Shown: piece after piece, positions 37,247 through 51,000 of the stretch
How the letters are laid out: every line of letters begins with the position of its first letter
How positions within the stretch are numbered: position 1 is the stretch's first letter
NCBI GenBank assembly: GCA_964016885.1
Contig: OZ024740.1
Span: forward strand, 317,316,001-317,380,000
Direction of reading: 5' to 3'
DNA from: Eledone cirrhosa
Lineage: Eukaryota
Length of the DNA: 64,000 nucleotides
Notes under the pieces: model-generated
Told to the model about the DNA's origin: nothing
The model's input: only the letters and a program-made list of their open reading frames with translations
Database searches by the model: none
Program-made: the position numbers and the translations under genes

Positions 37247-37861
37247 ATCGTGAACTAACAGTTGTCTTTACCATGAAAATTTAATAGTATATATACAGTA
37301 ATGTAAATGTTAAAGGATTAAAGTATCTGAAAGCAAGGTTGAAGAAATATCTTACAGTAATCATAACTGAGAAATACAAATTTCTTCTATATGGAATATT
37401 GAAGCCATATTGTTGCAGTGGTCGAGCTTCTTTTACAAACATATTACCATTTGTAGATTTGTCTGTGTTTGTCAATATTAACATTATGGACAAAGCTAAC
37501 AATTGTTCAGTATTTTGTTGGTCATAATATTATAACTAAGATGGATAGTTTGCTTTGCAGTTTTGTTCCAGCTCTAGAAGCTTTAGTCAAATGTAAAACT
37601 GAGCTTCTACATTGAACAGTCAAATGTCTGGAAAGGTACCTCAACGACTGGTTACACCAGTTGTAAGCACTTGATTTATTGATTTGATGTATAAATATAT
37701 ATGCACATATACATATACACACACACATATATATAGCATCTAGCCATAGAAAACCAGCCAGAAACATCCCTATATGAGAGAGACACGGTCACCCGACACA
37801 ACTTGCTTCAAAATAGGACTCATCTAACTCATGTTAGCATGGAAGATGGACGTTAATCGAT

Positions 37862-38140
<279 letters not shown>

Positions 38141-38580
38141 GGAAAAAGAAATTGAAAATGCAATTAGAGTCTCAAAGAAGATTTATTTACAATAACTTAA
38201 ACAGTTTTGTAGTTTTATAAAAATCACAAAACTGCGAAACCGGTGAAGTTATTATAAATATATCTTAAAGATTCCAATTGCATTTTCAACTTCTTTTTGC
38301 GATATATTTACTCATATAGTATATAAAAAAAACATTACTTTTATATATATATATACACACACATGCATTCCTGATCTATATGGCAATTCGTTAGAGTCTC
38401 ATAGGCATGAAAGCATGTGCCTAATGAATCAGATGTCTAAAATAAGACGTCTTGCAGTGAGCTGATGGATTAGACACATGCTCTTATACCAATGATATCC
38501 GAATCATGGGTGTACCAGTCACCAACTGCCCACCTACTATTATAAACCATACATTATGTATTGAAAGTTTTTTTCATTTG

Positions 38581-38611
<31 letters not shown>

Positions 38612-38614
<3 letters not shown>

Positions 38615-38698
38615 GATGTCCCCAAAAATGTATACACACTTCAACAGCATTCTAATAAATATTTCCTGTACAGGACTACCTGTTGAAGTGTGTATACA

Positions 38699-38699
<1 letters not shown>
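38612..38699. mobile_element. Tc1/mariner-like MITE remnant
   Basis: TA-CAGGATGTCCCC start; perfect 20-bp IR ATGTATACACACTTCAACAG / CTGTTGAAGTGTGTATACAT. Confidence 0.6.
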
Positions 38700-38732
<33 letters not shown>

Positions 38733-38737
38733 CATAT

Positions 38738-38945
38738 GTTTCAGTTATTAGACTGCTGTCATGCTGGGTACCAGCTTAAAGGGTTTAGTCAATCAAATCG
38801 AATCCAGTACTTATTTTCAAGTCTGGCATATATTTCATCTATCTCTATTTGTCAAACTACTAAGTTATAGGATATAAAGCAACAATGGTGACTTTTAAAA
38901 AATGGTGTTAGCATAAAGAAGAACAGACAGACACATGCGCACAGA
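38738..38945 (-). mobile_element. Degenerate SINE 3' half with CR1/L2-like tail
   Basis: Minus-strand end GCTGGTACCCAGCATGACAGCAGTCTAATAACTGAAAC resembles the LINE tail at 511-550. Confidence 0.6.
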
Positions 38946-39006
38946 CACACACACACACAGACATGTATGTGTATATATATGTCATTACAGTTTAACATCC
39001 ATTATA

Positions 39007-39054
<48 letters not shown>

Positions 39055-39069
39055 TATAATGGATGTTAA

Positions 39070-39634
39070 CTTTGTTGAATGTTCATAACACCAATCTAAA
39101 TCAGGAAACTATAGTTCCTATCGTAAATAACTTATCCAATCCAATTCCTTCTATAAATAATACTAGGTCACTTGTTAATAACTCTGGTAATTTCTCTAAT
39201 CTTAATTGTAATTGCCCTGTTAGAACTAAATGTCCTCTTAATAACCAATATCTTGATAAAAATTTAGTGTATGAATGTAAGGTTATAACTAGTACTAATT
39301 CTTTTACCTATTTTGGTTCCACTTCCACTTCCTTTAAAGCAAGATTTTATAATCACAATTTGTCTTTTAAATACCACTTAAAAGAACTCACACGGCACTC
39401 TCAGAACTCATATGGTCCTTAAAAGACAAAAATATTAACTACAACATCTCTTGGAGGAAGGTTTGCAATGCCTCTCCTTACCAGAATTCTTCCCTATCCA
39501 GAACATGTAATCTCTGCCTAGCCAAGAAATTTACCATTATCTCTAATTTTAATTCTATAATAAATAGACGTACGGATTTATTTTCGCTCTGCTTGCATAA
39601 ATCCCATAGAACTTTCCATAAAGTATACAGCTAA
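39070..39634 (+). pseudogene. GIY-YIG endonuclease C-terminal domain of a PLE ORF (one frameshift near 39390)
   Basis: CNCPVRTKCPLNNQYLDKNLVYECKV...YFGSTSTSFKARFYNHNLSF, then TALSELIWSLKDKNINYNISW...RTCNLCLAKK...INRRTDLFSLCLHK...VYS*. Confidence 0.9.
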
Positions 39635-40569
39635 TATCTCAGTACCTAATTAGTTTAAAATCTTTTCTCAAACGCTTTTATATCTTTTACAAATATACCC
39701 ATCTTTCTACCTTATTTCAGTATATTATATTATACAATTTACTCACTCTATGTCATTAGCGGTCCCCTATTTTTCTTCTTTTTTATCCTTTTTTCCTTTT
39801 TAATTTCTAATCTTTAATCTGTAACTTTTACTTCTCAATTACTTCTTAATTCATATTATTACTCACTATAGTATTTTCCTTATATTCTTGGCCATACAAA
39901 CTATATTTTTAATATATACTAATATTACCATTAGTAAATTTTGTAAACATTTATTTTTTGACGTTATATTTTTTCTTCCTTAAATTTTCTTCTTTCCTTC
40001 CGTGCTCGTATTAAACCTATTATTTACTTTTTCATATTACAATACATAAAAACAAACTTAAACCCTAACTAATTCTTCTAAGTTCATTTAATCTCTTCTT
40101 CATTCACCTTATATCCTTAATATTTTAATTTTAATAATACATATTAATAAATTCCTTTTCGCACATATTATTAAATATATAAACCTTAAATAAATACTAT
40201 TCTTAATTTCTTATTCTTTAATCATAAACATCACCATTCATAAGCCTCATTAACTTTTAATTTCAAAATCTTTTTAAATTATCTATTATCTTTCAACGGT
40301 TTTTTAATTTCTCTCTGTGATACAATGTTTTCTCAGTTGTAAAGGCTATTTCTCTCTCTCTATCACTCATTTCTCCTCCTCTCTCATCCTTCCTTCTTAT
40401 ACTCCTCCTCCGTCATCCTTTATTTTCTTTCTTCCTCACCTTTTCCTACCCCCCCCCCCCCCATCCTTTTTTTTCTCAATCTCATATATCCATCTTACTT
40501 TATTTTTCATATGTTGATTTAACACTTCACTGCTCGCAAGTGTTTTTTGAGCTTCATATCATGTCTCCC

Positions 40570-40640
40570 TATTTTATCTGATGAGAACGCAAATAGCATC
40601 CCATGATGATATTTGTTTTTGAAATGCGCATAATAAAATA
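40570..40640 (+). ncRNA. Type I hammerhead ribozyme in the PLE pLTR
   Basis: TATTTTAT-CTGATGA(40578-84)-stem II-GAAA(40621-24)-TGCGCA-TA-ATAAAATA; perfect 8-bp stem I. Confidence 0.88.
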
Positions 40641-41157
40641 CATGGAACTCTTTTAACCATCTTTTGATCTTATATTATATATATATATATATATGTATGT
40701 ATATTTGCCAGTCTTTGCGATTTGATATCCGCCCTCACAACCACTGCCCAAGTCTTTTTTAGTCATCCTCTATTACGGCTTTCTTCCACTGTGATTTCCT
40801 GGCATTTCTTCACCTATCGGTCATTGTCCATGTGCATGACATGTCCATACCAACACAGTCTTCTCTGTTCCACACCATCTTGGATTCCCTTAAGCCCAGA
40901 TTCTCTTACAGATCTGCCTTTCTCTCACATTTACATTGCACATCCAACGAAACATGGTATGTTTTTGTCTATTCATATTTAACATTGCAGGTGGTGATAT
41001 TTGTTTATAGTTTGCATAAACAAAAATCCCACTGCCAAGTGATTGGCTGTGCAAAGATCCAATAAAAATACAGAGAAGGGTTCGCATCAGAAAGTGTAAA
41101 CATATGTGTGCGTGTGTGTGTGTGCATATGTGTATGATAAACAGAGATATTTCCATG

Positions 41158-41355
41158 TATGAAGGTGGGATGAAAAGTTCATAGGCTGACTATGAAGGAG
41201 TGATGCAAGAGCTGTGAAATCTTACATTAATTTTAACTCTCCTTATTAATAACTGCATTGTTTCTTTCCAAGGACTATGTTGAAAAATAAACCTCATTTG
41301 GTCATTCCATGTGATTATCTTAATCAGCCTATGAAGTTTTCAGTTGACTCTCATG
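41158..41355. mobile_element. mariner-like MITE
   Basis: TATGAAGGTGGGATGAAAAGTTCATAGGCTGA ... TCAGCCTATGAAGTTTTCAGTTGACTCTCAT long imperfect TIRs. Confidence 0.8.
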
Positions 41356-41696
41356 GAGAGATAGATAGATAGAAAAAATAGTTAAGTGTAAAACTTACTT
41401 TCAGCTAACACTGTATTATACAGCAGCAACACTGAAAACAAAAAGAAAGAAAATCTGTTATACTGTTTGTTATTTGTTGTCAATGAAGATGATAATGAAA
41501 ATTGTTGACACAAAAAAGGTAGACACATTTATAGTTAGAGAGAGCAAATACGCAACAGATTTACAGAAAGAGAGCAATGCAAAGAGATTGACAGACAGTC
41601 AGAGAAAGGCAGACAGATTGAAAGCTAAAGGAAAGATATTTACAGATTACAGATAAAGACCATGACAGATAGTTTGACAAATATGAGAGATATGAC

Positions 41697-41966
41697 AGGA
41701 GGACAATAACAACCATTTTAAGAAGTAAGAGAGAGAGGGAGAGAGAAGGACAGCAACAACAATAACAACCATTATAAGAAGTAAGAGAGAGAAGGACAAC
41801 AACAACAATAACAAGCATTTTAAGAGGTAAGAGAGAGAGAAGGACAACAACAACAATAACAACCATTTTAAGAGGTAAGAGAGAGAAGGACAACAACAAC
41901 AATAACAACCATTTTAAGAGGTAAGAGAGAGAAGGACAACAACAACAATAACAACCATTTTAAAAG

Positions 41967-42009
<43 letters not shown>

Positions 42010-45000
42010 CAACATTAACAACCATTTTAAGAGGAGAGAGAGAGAGAGAGGAGAACAACAACAATAACAAACATTTTAAGAGGTAAGAGAGAGAGAAGGA
42101 CAACAACAACAATAACAACCATTTTAAGAGGTAAGAGAGAGGACAACAACAACAACCATTGTAAGAGGTAAGAGAGAGGACAACAACAACAATAACAAGC
42201 ATTTTAAGAGGCAAGAGAGAGGACAACAAGAACAACCATTTTAAGAGGTAAGAGAGAGAAGGACAACAACAACAATAACAAGCATTTTAAGAGGTAAGAG
42301 AGAGAAGGACAACAACAATAACAACCATTTTAAGAGGTTAGAGAGAGGACAACAACAACAACAATAACAACCATTTTAAGAGGTAAGAGAGAGAAGGACA
42401 ACAACAACAATAACAACCATTTTAAGAGGCAAGAGAGAGAAGAACAACAACAACAATAACAACCATTTTAAGAGGCAAGAGAGAGAGAAGAACAACAACA
42501 ATAACAACCATTTTAAGAGGCAAGAGAGAGAGAAGGACAACAACAACAATAACAACCATTTTAAGAGGTAAGAGAGAGGACAACAACAACAATAACAACC
42601 ATTTTAAGAGGCAAGAGAGAGAGAAGGACAACAACAACAATAACAACCATTTTAAGAGGCAAGAGAGAGAGAAGGACAACAACAATAACAACCATTTTAA
42701 GAGGTAAGAGAGAGATAAGAAGAACAACAATAACAACCATTTTAAGAGGCAAGAGAGAGAGAAGGACAACAACAACAACCATTTTAAGAGGCAAGAGAGA
42801 GAAGGACAACAACAACAATAACAACCATATTAAGAGGTAAGAGAGAGAGAAGGACAACAACAACAACCATTTTAAGAGGTAAGAGAGAGGACAACAACAA
42901 CAATAACAACCATTTTAAGAGGCAAGAGAGAGAGAAGGACAACAACAATAACAACCATTTTAAGAGGTAAGAGAGAGAGAAGGACAACAACAACAACCAT
43001 TTTAAGAGGTAAGAGAGAGGACAACAACAACAATAACCATTTTAAGAGGTAAGAGAGAGAGAAGGACAACAAACATTTTAAGAGGTAAGAGAGAGGACAA
43101 CAACAATAACAACCATTTTAAGAGGCAAGAGAGAGAAGGACAACAACAACAATAACAACCATTTTAAGAGGTAAGAGAGAGAGAAGGACAACAACAACAA
43201 CCATTTTAAGAGGTAACAGAGAGGACAACAACAACAATAACCATTTTAAGAGGCAAGAGAGAGAAGGACAACAACAACAATAACAACCATTTTAAGAGGT
43301 AAGAGAGAGAGAAGGACAACAACAACAATAACAACAATTTTAAGAGGTAAGAGAGAGAGAAGGACAACAACAACAATAACAACCATTTTAAGAGGTAAGA
43401 GAGAGACAAGGACAACAACAACAATAACAACCATTATAAGAGGCAAGCGAGAGAAGGACAACAACAACAATAACAACGATTTTAAGAGGTAAGAGAGAGA
43501 GAGAAGGACAACAACATCAATAACAACCATTTTAAGAGGCAAGGGACAGAGAATGACAACAACAACAATAACAACCATTATAAGAGGGAAGAGAGAGAGA
43601 AGGACAACCAACAATAACAACCATTTTAAGAGGTAAGAGAGAGAGAAGGACTATAACAACAAAAACAACCATTTTAAGAGGTAAAAGTGAGGACAACAAC
43701 AACAATAACAACCATTTTAAGAGGTAAGAGAGAGGACAACAACAACAACCATTTTAAGAAGTAAGAGAGAGAGAAGAACAACAACAACAATAACAACCAT
43801 TTTAAGAGGCAAGGGAGAGAGAATGACAACAACAACAATAACAACCATTATAAGAGGCAAGAGAGAGAGAGAAGGACAACAACAACAATAACAACCATTT
43901 TAAGAGGTAAGAGAGAGAGAAGGACTATAACAACAAAAACAACCATTTTAAGAGGTAAGATAGAGAGAAGGACAACAACAACAAAAACAACCATTTTAAG
44001 AGGTAAGAGAGAGAAGGACAACAAAAACAATAACAACCATTTTAAGAGGTAAGAGAGAGGACAACAACAATAATAACAACCATTTTAAGAAGTAAGAGAG
44101 AGACAAGGACAACAACAACAATAACAACCATTTTAAGAGGTAAGAGTGACAGAAGAACAACAACAATAACAACCATTTTAAGCGGTAAGAGAGAGAAGGA
44201 CAACGACAACAATAACAACCATTTTAAGAGGTAAGAGAGAGAGAAGGACAACAACAACAATAACAACCATTTTAAGAGGTAAGAGAGAGAGAGAAGAAGA
44301 ACAACAACAATAACAACCATTTTAAGAGGTAAGAGAGAGAGAGGGACAACAACAACAATAACAACTATTTTAAGAGGCAAGAGAGAATGACAACAACAAT
44401 AATAACAACCATTTTACGAGGTTAGAGGGAGAGAAGGGCAACAACAACAATAACAACCATTTTAAGAGGCAAGGGAGAGAGAAGGACAACAACAACAATA
44501 ACAACCATTTTGAGAGGTAAGAGAGAGAGAAGAAGAACAACAACAATAACAACCATTTTAAGAGGTAAGATAGAGAGAAGGACAACAACAATAACAACCA
44601 TTTTAAGAGGCAAGGGAGAGGACAACAACAACATTAAAACCATTTTAAGAGGTAAGAGAGAGAGAAGGACAACAACAACAATAACAATCATTTTAAGAGG
44701 TTAGAGAGAGAGAAGGACAACAACAACAACCATTTTAAGACGTAAGAGAGAGGACAACAAAAACATTAAAACCATTTTAAGAGGTAAGAGAGAGAAGGAC
44801 AACAACAACAATAACAACCATTTTAAGAGGTTAGAGAGAAGAAGGACAACAACAACAATAACAACCATTTTAAGAGGCAAGGGAGAGAGGACAACAACAA
44901 CAATAACAATTATTTTAAGAGGTTAGAGAGAGAGAAGGACAACAACAACAATAACAACCATTTTAAGAGGTAAGAGAGAGAGGACAACAACAACAATAAC

Positions 45001-48000
45001 AACCATTTTAAGAGGTTAGAGAGAAGGACAACAACAACAATAACAACCATTTTAAGAGGTAAGAGAGAGAGAATGACAACAACAACAATAACAACCCTTA
45101 TAAGAAGCAAGAGAGAGAGAAGGACAACAATAATAATAACAACCATTTTAAGAGGCAAGGGAGAGAGAAGGACAACAACAACAATAACAATTATTTTAAG
45201 AGGTTAGAGAGAGAGAAGGACAACAACAACGATAACAACCATTTTAAGAGGTAAGAGAGAGAGAAGGACAACAACAACAATAACAACCATTTTAAGAGGT
45301 TAGAGAGAAGGACAACAACAACAATAACAACCATTTTAAGAGGTAAGAGAGAGAGAATGACAACAACAACAATAACAACCATTATAAGAAGCAAGAGAGA
45401 GAGAAGGACAACAATAATAATAACCATTTTAAGAGGTAAGAGAGAGAGAAGGTCTATAACAACAAAAACAACGAATTTAAGAGGTAAGAGAGAGAGAGAA
45501 GGACAACAACAACAATAACAACCATTTTAAGAGGCAAGGGAGAGAGAATGACAACAACAACAATAACAACCATTATAAGAGGCAAGAGAGAGAGGACAAC
45601 AACAACAATAAAAACCATTTTAAGAGGTAAGAGAGAGAGAAGGACAACAACAACAATAACAACCATTTTAAGAGGTAAGAGAGAGAGGACAACAACAACA
45701 ATAACAACCATTTTAAGAGGTAAAAGAGAGAGAGGACAACAACAACAAAAACAACCATTTTAAGAGGTAAGAGAGGGAGAAGGACAACAACAATAACAAC
45801 CACAACCATTTTAAGAGGTAAGAGAGAGAGAGAGAGGACAACAACAACAATAACAACCATTTTAAGAGGTAAGAGAGAGAAGGACAACAACAACAAAAAC
45901 AACCATTTTAAGAGGTAAGAGAGAGAACAACAACAACAATAACCATTTTAAGAGTTAAGAGAGAGAGAAGGACAGCAACAACAATAACAACCATTTTAAG
46001 AGGTAAGAGAGAGAGAAGAACAACAACAACACTAACAACCATTTTAAGAGGTAAGAGAGAGAGAGAAGGACAACAACAATAACAACCATTTTAAGAGGTA
46101 ACAGAGAGAAGGACAACAACAACAATAACAACCATTTTAAGAGGTAAGAGAGAGAGAAGGACAACAACAACAATAACAACCATTTTAAGAGGTAAGAGAG
46201 AGGACAACAACAACAACCATTGTAAGAGGTAAGAGAGAGGACAACAACAACAATAACAAGCATTTTAAGAGGCAAGAGAGAGGACAACAAGAACAACCAT
46301 TTTAAGAGGTAAGAGAGAGAAGGACAACAACAACAATAACAAGCATTTTAAGAGGTAAGAGAGAGAAGGACAACAACAATAACAACCATTTTAAGAGGTT
46401 AGAGAGAGGACAACAACAACAACAATAACAACCATTTTAAGAGGTAAGAGAGAGAAGGACAACAACAACAATAACAACCATTTTAAGAGGCAAGAGAGAG
46501 AAGAACAACAACAACAATAACAACCATTTTAAGAGGCAAGAGAGAGAGAAGAACAACAACAATAACAACCATTTTAAGAGGCAAGAGAGAGAGAAGGACA
46601 ACAACAACAATAACAACCATTTTAAGAGGTAAGAGAGAGGACAACAACAACAATAACAACCATTTTAAGAGGCAAGAGAGAGAGAAGGACAACAACAACA
46701 ATAACAACCATTTTAAGAGGCAAGAGAGAGAGAAGGACAACAACAATAACAACCATTTTAAGAGGTAAGAGAGAGAAGGACAACAACAACAATAACAACC
46801 ATTTTAAGAGGTAAGAGAGAGAGAAAGACAACAACAAAAATAACAACCATTAAAAGAGGTAAGAGAGAGAAGGACAACAACAACAATAGCAACAATTTTA
46901 AGAGGTAAGAGAGAGGGAAGAACAACAACAATAACAACCATTTTAAGAGGTAAGAGAGAGAGGACAGCAACAACAATAACAAGCATTTTAAGAGGTAAGA
47001 GAGAGGAAACAACAACGATAACAACCATTTTAAGAGGTAAGAGAGAGAAGGACAACAACAACAATAACAACCATTTTAAGAGGTAAGAGAGAGAGAAAGA
47101 CAACAACAACAATAACAACCATTTTAAGAGGTAAGAGAGAGATAAGAAGAACAACAATAACAACCATTTTAAGAGGCAAGAGAGAGAGAAGGACAACAAC
47201 AACAACCATTTTAAGAGGCAAGAGATAGAAGGACAACAACAACAATAACAACCATATTAAGAGGTAAGAGAGAGAGAAGGACAACAACAACAACCATTTT
47301 AAGAGGTAAGAGAGAGGACAACAACAACAATAACAACCATTTTAAGAGGCAAGAGAGAGAGAAGGACAACAACAATAACAACCATTTTAAGAGGTAAGAG
47401 AGAGAGAAGGACAACAACAACAACCATTTTAAGAGGTAAGAGAGAGGACAACAACAACAATAACCATTTTAAGAGGTAAGAGAGAGAGAAGGACAACAAA
47501 CATTTTAAGAGGTAAGAGAGAGGACAACAACAATAACAACCATTTTAAGAGGCAAGAGAGAGAAGGACAACAACAACAATAACAACCATTTTAAGAGGTA
47601 AGAGAGAGAGAAGGACAACAACAACAACCATTTTAAGAGGTAACAGAGAGGACAACAACAACAATAACCATTTTAAGAGGCAAGAGAGAGAAGGACAACA
47701 ACAACAATAACAACCATTTTAAGAGGTAAGAGAGAGAGAAGGACAACAACAACAATAACAACAATTTTAAGAGGTAAGAGAGAGAGAAGGACAACAACAA
47801 CAATAACAACCATTTTAAGAGGTAAGAGAGAGACAAGGACAACAACAACAATAACAACCATTATAAGAGGCAAGCGAGAGAAGGACAACAACAACAATAA
47901 CAACGATTTTAAGAGGTAAGAGAGAGAGAGAAGGACAACAACATCAATAACAACCATTTTAAGAGGCAAGGGACAGAGAATGACAACAACAACAATAACA

Positions 48001-51000
48001 ACCATTATAAGAGGGAAGAGAGAGAGAAGGACAACCAACAATAACAACCATTTTAAGAGGTAAGAGAGAGAGAAGGACTATAACAACAAAAACAACCATT
48101 TTAAGAGGTAAAAGTGAGGACAACAACAACAATAACAACCATTTTAAGAGGTAAGAGAGAGGACAACAACAACAACCATTTTAAGAAGTAAGAGAGAGAG
48201 AAGAACAACAACAACAATAACAACCATTTTAAGAGGCAAGGGAGAGAGAATGACAACAACAACAATAACAACCATTATAAGAGGCAAGAGAGAGAGAGAA
48301 GGACAACAACAACAATAACAACCATTTTAAGAGGTAAGAGAGAGAGAAGGACTATAACAACAAAAACAACCATTTTAAGAGGTAAGATAGAGAGAAGGAC
48401 AACAACAACAAAAACAACCATTTTAAGAGGTAAGAGAGAGAAGGACAACAAAAACAATAACAACCATTTTAAGAGGTAAGAGAGAGGACAACAACAATAA
48501 TAACAACCATTTTAAGAAGTAAGAGAGAGACAAGGACAACAACAACAATAACAACCATTTTAAGAGGTAAGAGTGACAGAAGAACAACAACAATAACAAC
48601 CATTTTAAGCGGTAAGAGAGAGAAGGACAACGACAACAATAACAACCATTTTAAGAGGTAAGAGAGAGAGAAGGACAACAACAACAATAACAACCATTTT
48701 AAGAGGTAAGAGAGAGAGAGAAGAAGAACAACAACAATAACAACCATTTTAAGAGGTAAGAGAGAGAGAGGGACAACAACAACAATAACAACTATTTTAA
48801 GAGGCAAGAGAGAATGACAACAACAATAATAACAACCATTTTACGAGGTTAGAGGGAGAGAAGGGCAACAACAACAATAACAACCATTTTAAGAGGCAAG
48901 GGAGAGAGAAGGACAACAACAACAATAACAACCATTTTGAGAGGTAAGAGAGAGAGAAGAAGAACAACAACAATAACAACCATTTTAAGAGGTAAGATAG
49001 AGAGAAGGACAACAACAATAACAACCATTTTAAGAGGCAAGGGAGAGGACAACAACAACATTAAAACCATTTTAAGAGGTAAGAGAGAGAGAAGGACAAC
49101 AACAACAATAACAATCATTTTAAGAGGTTAGAGAGAGAGAAGGACAACAACAACAACCATTTTAAGACGTAAGAGAGAGGACAACAAAAACATTAAAACC
49201 ATTTTAAGAGGTAAGAGAGAGAAGGACAACAACAACAATAACAACCATTTTAAGAGGTTAGAGAGAAGAAGGACAACAACAACAATAACAACCATTTTAA
49301 GAGGCAAGGGAGAGAGGACAACAACAACAATAACAATTATTTTAAGAGGTTAGAGAGAGAGAAGGACAACAACAACAATAACAACCATTTTAAGAGGTAA
49401 GAGAGAGAGGACAACAACAACAATAACAACCATTTTAAGAGGTTAGAGAGAAGGACAACAACAACAATAACAACCATTTTAAGAGGTAAGAGAGAGAGAA
49501 TGACAACAACAACAATAACAACCCTTATAAGAAGCAAGAGAGAGAGAAGGACAACAATAATAATAACAACCATTTTAAGAGGCAAGGGAGAGAGAAGGAC
49601 AACAACAACAATAACAATTATTTTAAGAGGTTAGAGAGAGAGAAGGACAACAACAACAATAACAACCATTTTAAGAGGTAAGAGAGAGAGAAGGACAACA
49701 ACAACAATAACAACCATTTTAAGAGGTTAGAGAGAAGGACAACAACAACAACCATTTTAAGAGGTAAGAGAGAGAGAATGACAACAACAACAATAACAAC
49801 CATTATAAGAAGCAAGAGAGAGAGAAGGACAACAATAATAATAACCATTTTAAGAGGTAAGAGAGAGAGAAGGTCTATAACAACAAAAACAACGAATTTA
49901 AGAGGTAAGAGAGAGAGAGAAGGACAACAACAACAATAACAACCATTTTAAGAGGCAAGGGAGAGAGAATGACAACAACAACAATAACAACCATTATAAG
50001 AGGCAAGAGAGAGAGGACAACAACAACAATAAAAACCATTTTAAGAGGTAAGAGAGAGAGAAGGACAACAACAACAATAACAACCATTTTAAGAGGTAAG
50101 AGAGAGAGGACAACAACAACAATAACAACCATTTTAAGAGGTAAAAGAGAGAGAGGACAACAACAACAAAAACAACCATTTTAAGAGGTAAGAGAGGGAG
50201 AAGGACAACAACAATAACAACCACAACCATTTTAAGAGGTAAGAGAGAGAGAGAGAGGACAACAACAACAATAACAACCATTTTAAGAGGTAAGAGAGAG
50301 AAGGACAACAACAACAAAAACAACCATTTTAAGAGGTAAGAGAGAGAACAACAACAACAATAACCATTTTAAGAGTTAAGAGAGAGAGAAGGACAGCAAC
50401 AACAATAACAACCATTTTAAGAGGTAAGAGAGAGAGAAGAACAACAACAACACTAACAACCATTTTAAGAGGTAAGAGAGAGAGAGAAGGACAACAACAA
50501 TAACAACCATTTTAAGAGGTAACAGAGAGAAGGACAACAACAACAATAACAACCATTTTAAGAGGTAAGAGAGAGAGAAGGACAACAACAATAATAACAA
50601 TCATTTTAAGAGGTAAGAGAGAGACAAGGACAACAACAATAACAACCATTTTAAGAGGTAAGAGAGAGGACAGCAACAACAAGAACAACTATTTTATGAG
50701 GTAAGAGAGAGAGAAGGACAACAACAACAACCATTTTAAGAGGTAAGAGAGAGAGAAGGACGACTACAATAACAACCATTTTATGAGGTAAGAGAGAGAG
50801 AACAACAACAACAACCATTTTAAGAGGTAAGAGAGCGGACAACAACAATAACAACCATTTTAAGAGGTAAGAGAGAGAGAGGACAAGAACAACAATAATA
50901 ACCATTTTAAGAGGTAAGAGAGAGAGAGGACAACAACAACAATAACAACCATTTTATGAGGTAAGAGAGAGAGGACAGCAACAACAATAACAATCATTTT

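Larger units (their letters stand above)
39070..40680 (+). mobile_element. 5'-truncated Penelope-like element (Neptune-type): GIY-YIG region, ~0.9-kb AT/pyrimidine-rich UTR, hammerhead-bearing pLTR
   Basis: Domain order endonuclease, UTR, hammerhead; both ends lie at (TA)n tracts. Confidence 0.88.

Noticed and set aside
37281-37690. Unique minus-strand sequence with a 73-aa ORF and a GTAAGA donor-like site
   Set aside because: The nearest acceptor gives an in-frame stop and no protein similarity is recognisable.
38399-38494. Imperfect inverted repeat containing CTGATGG
   Set aside because: No downstream GAAA; more likely an old MITE interior with undefined ends.
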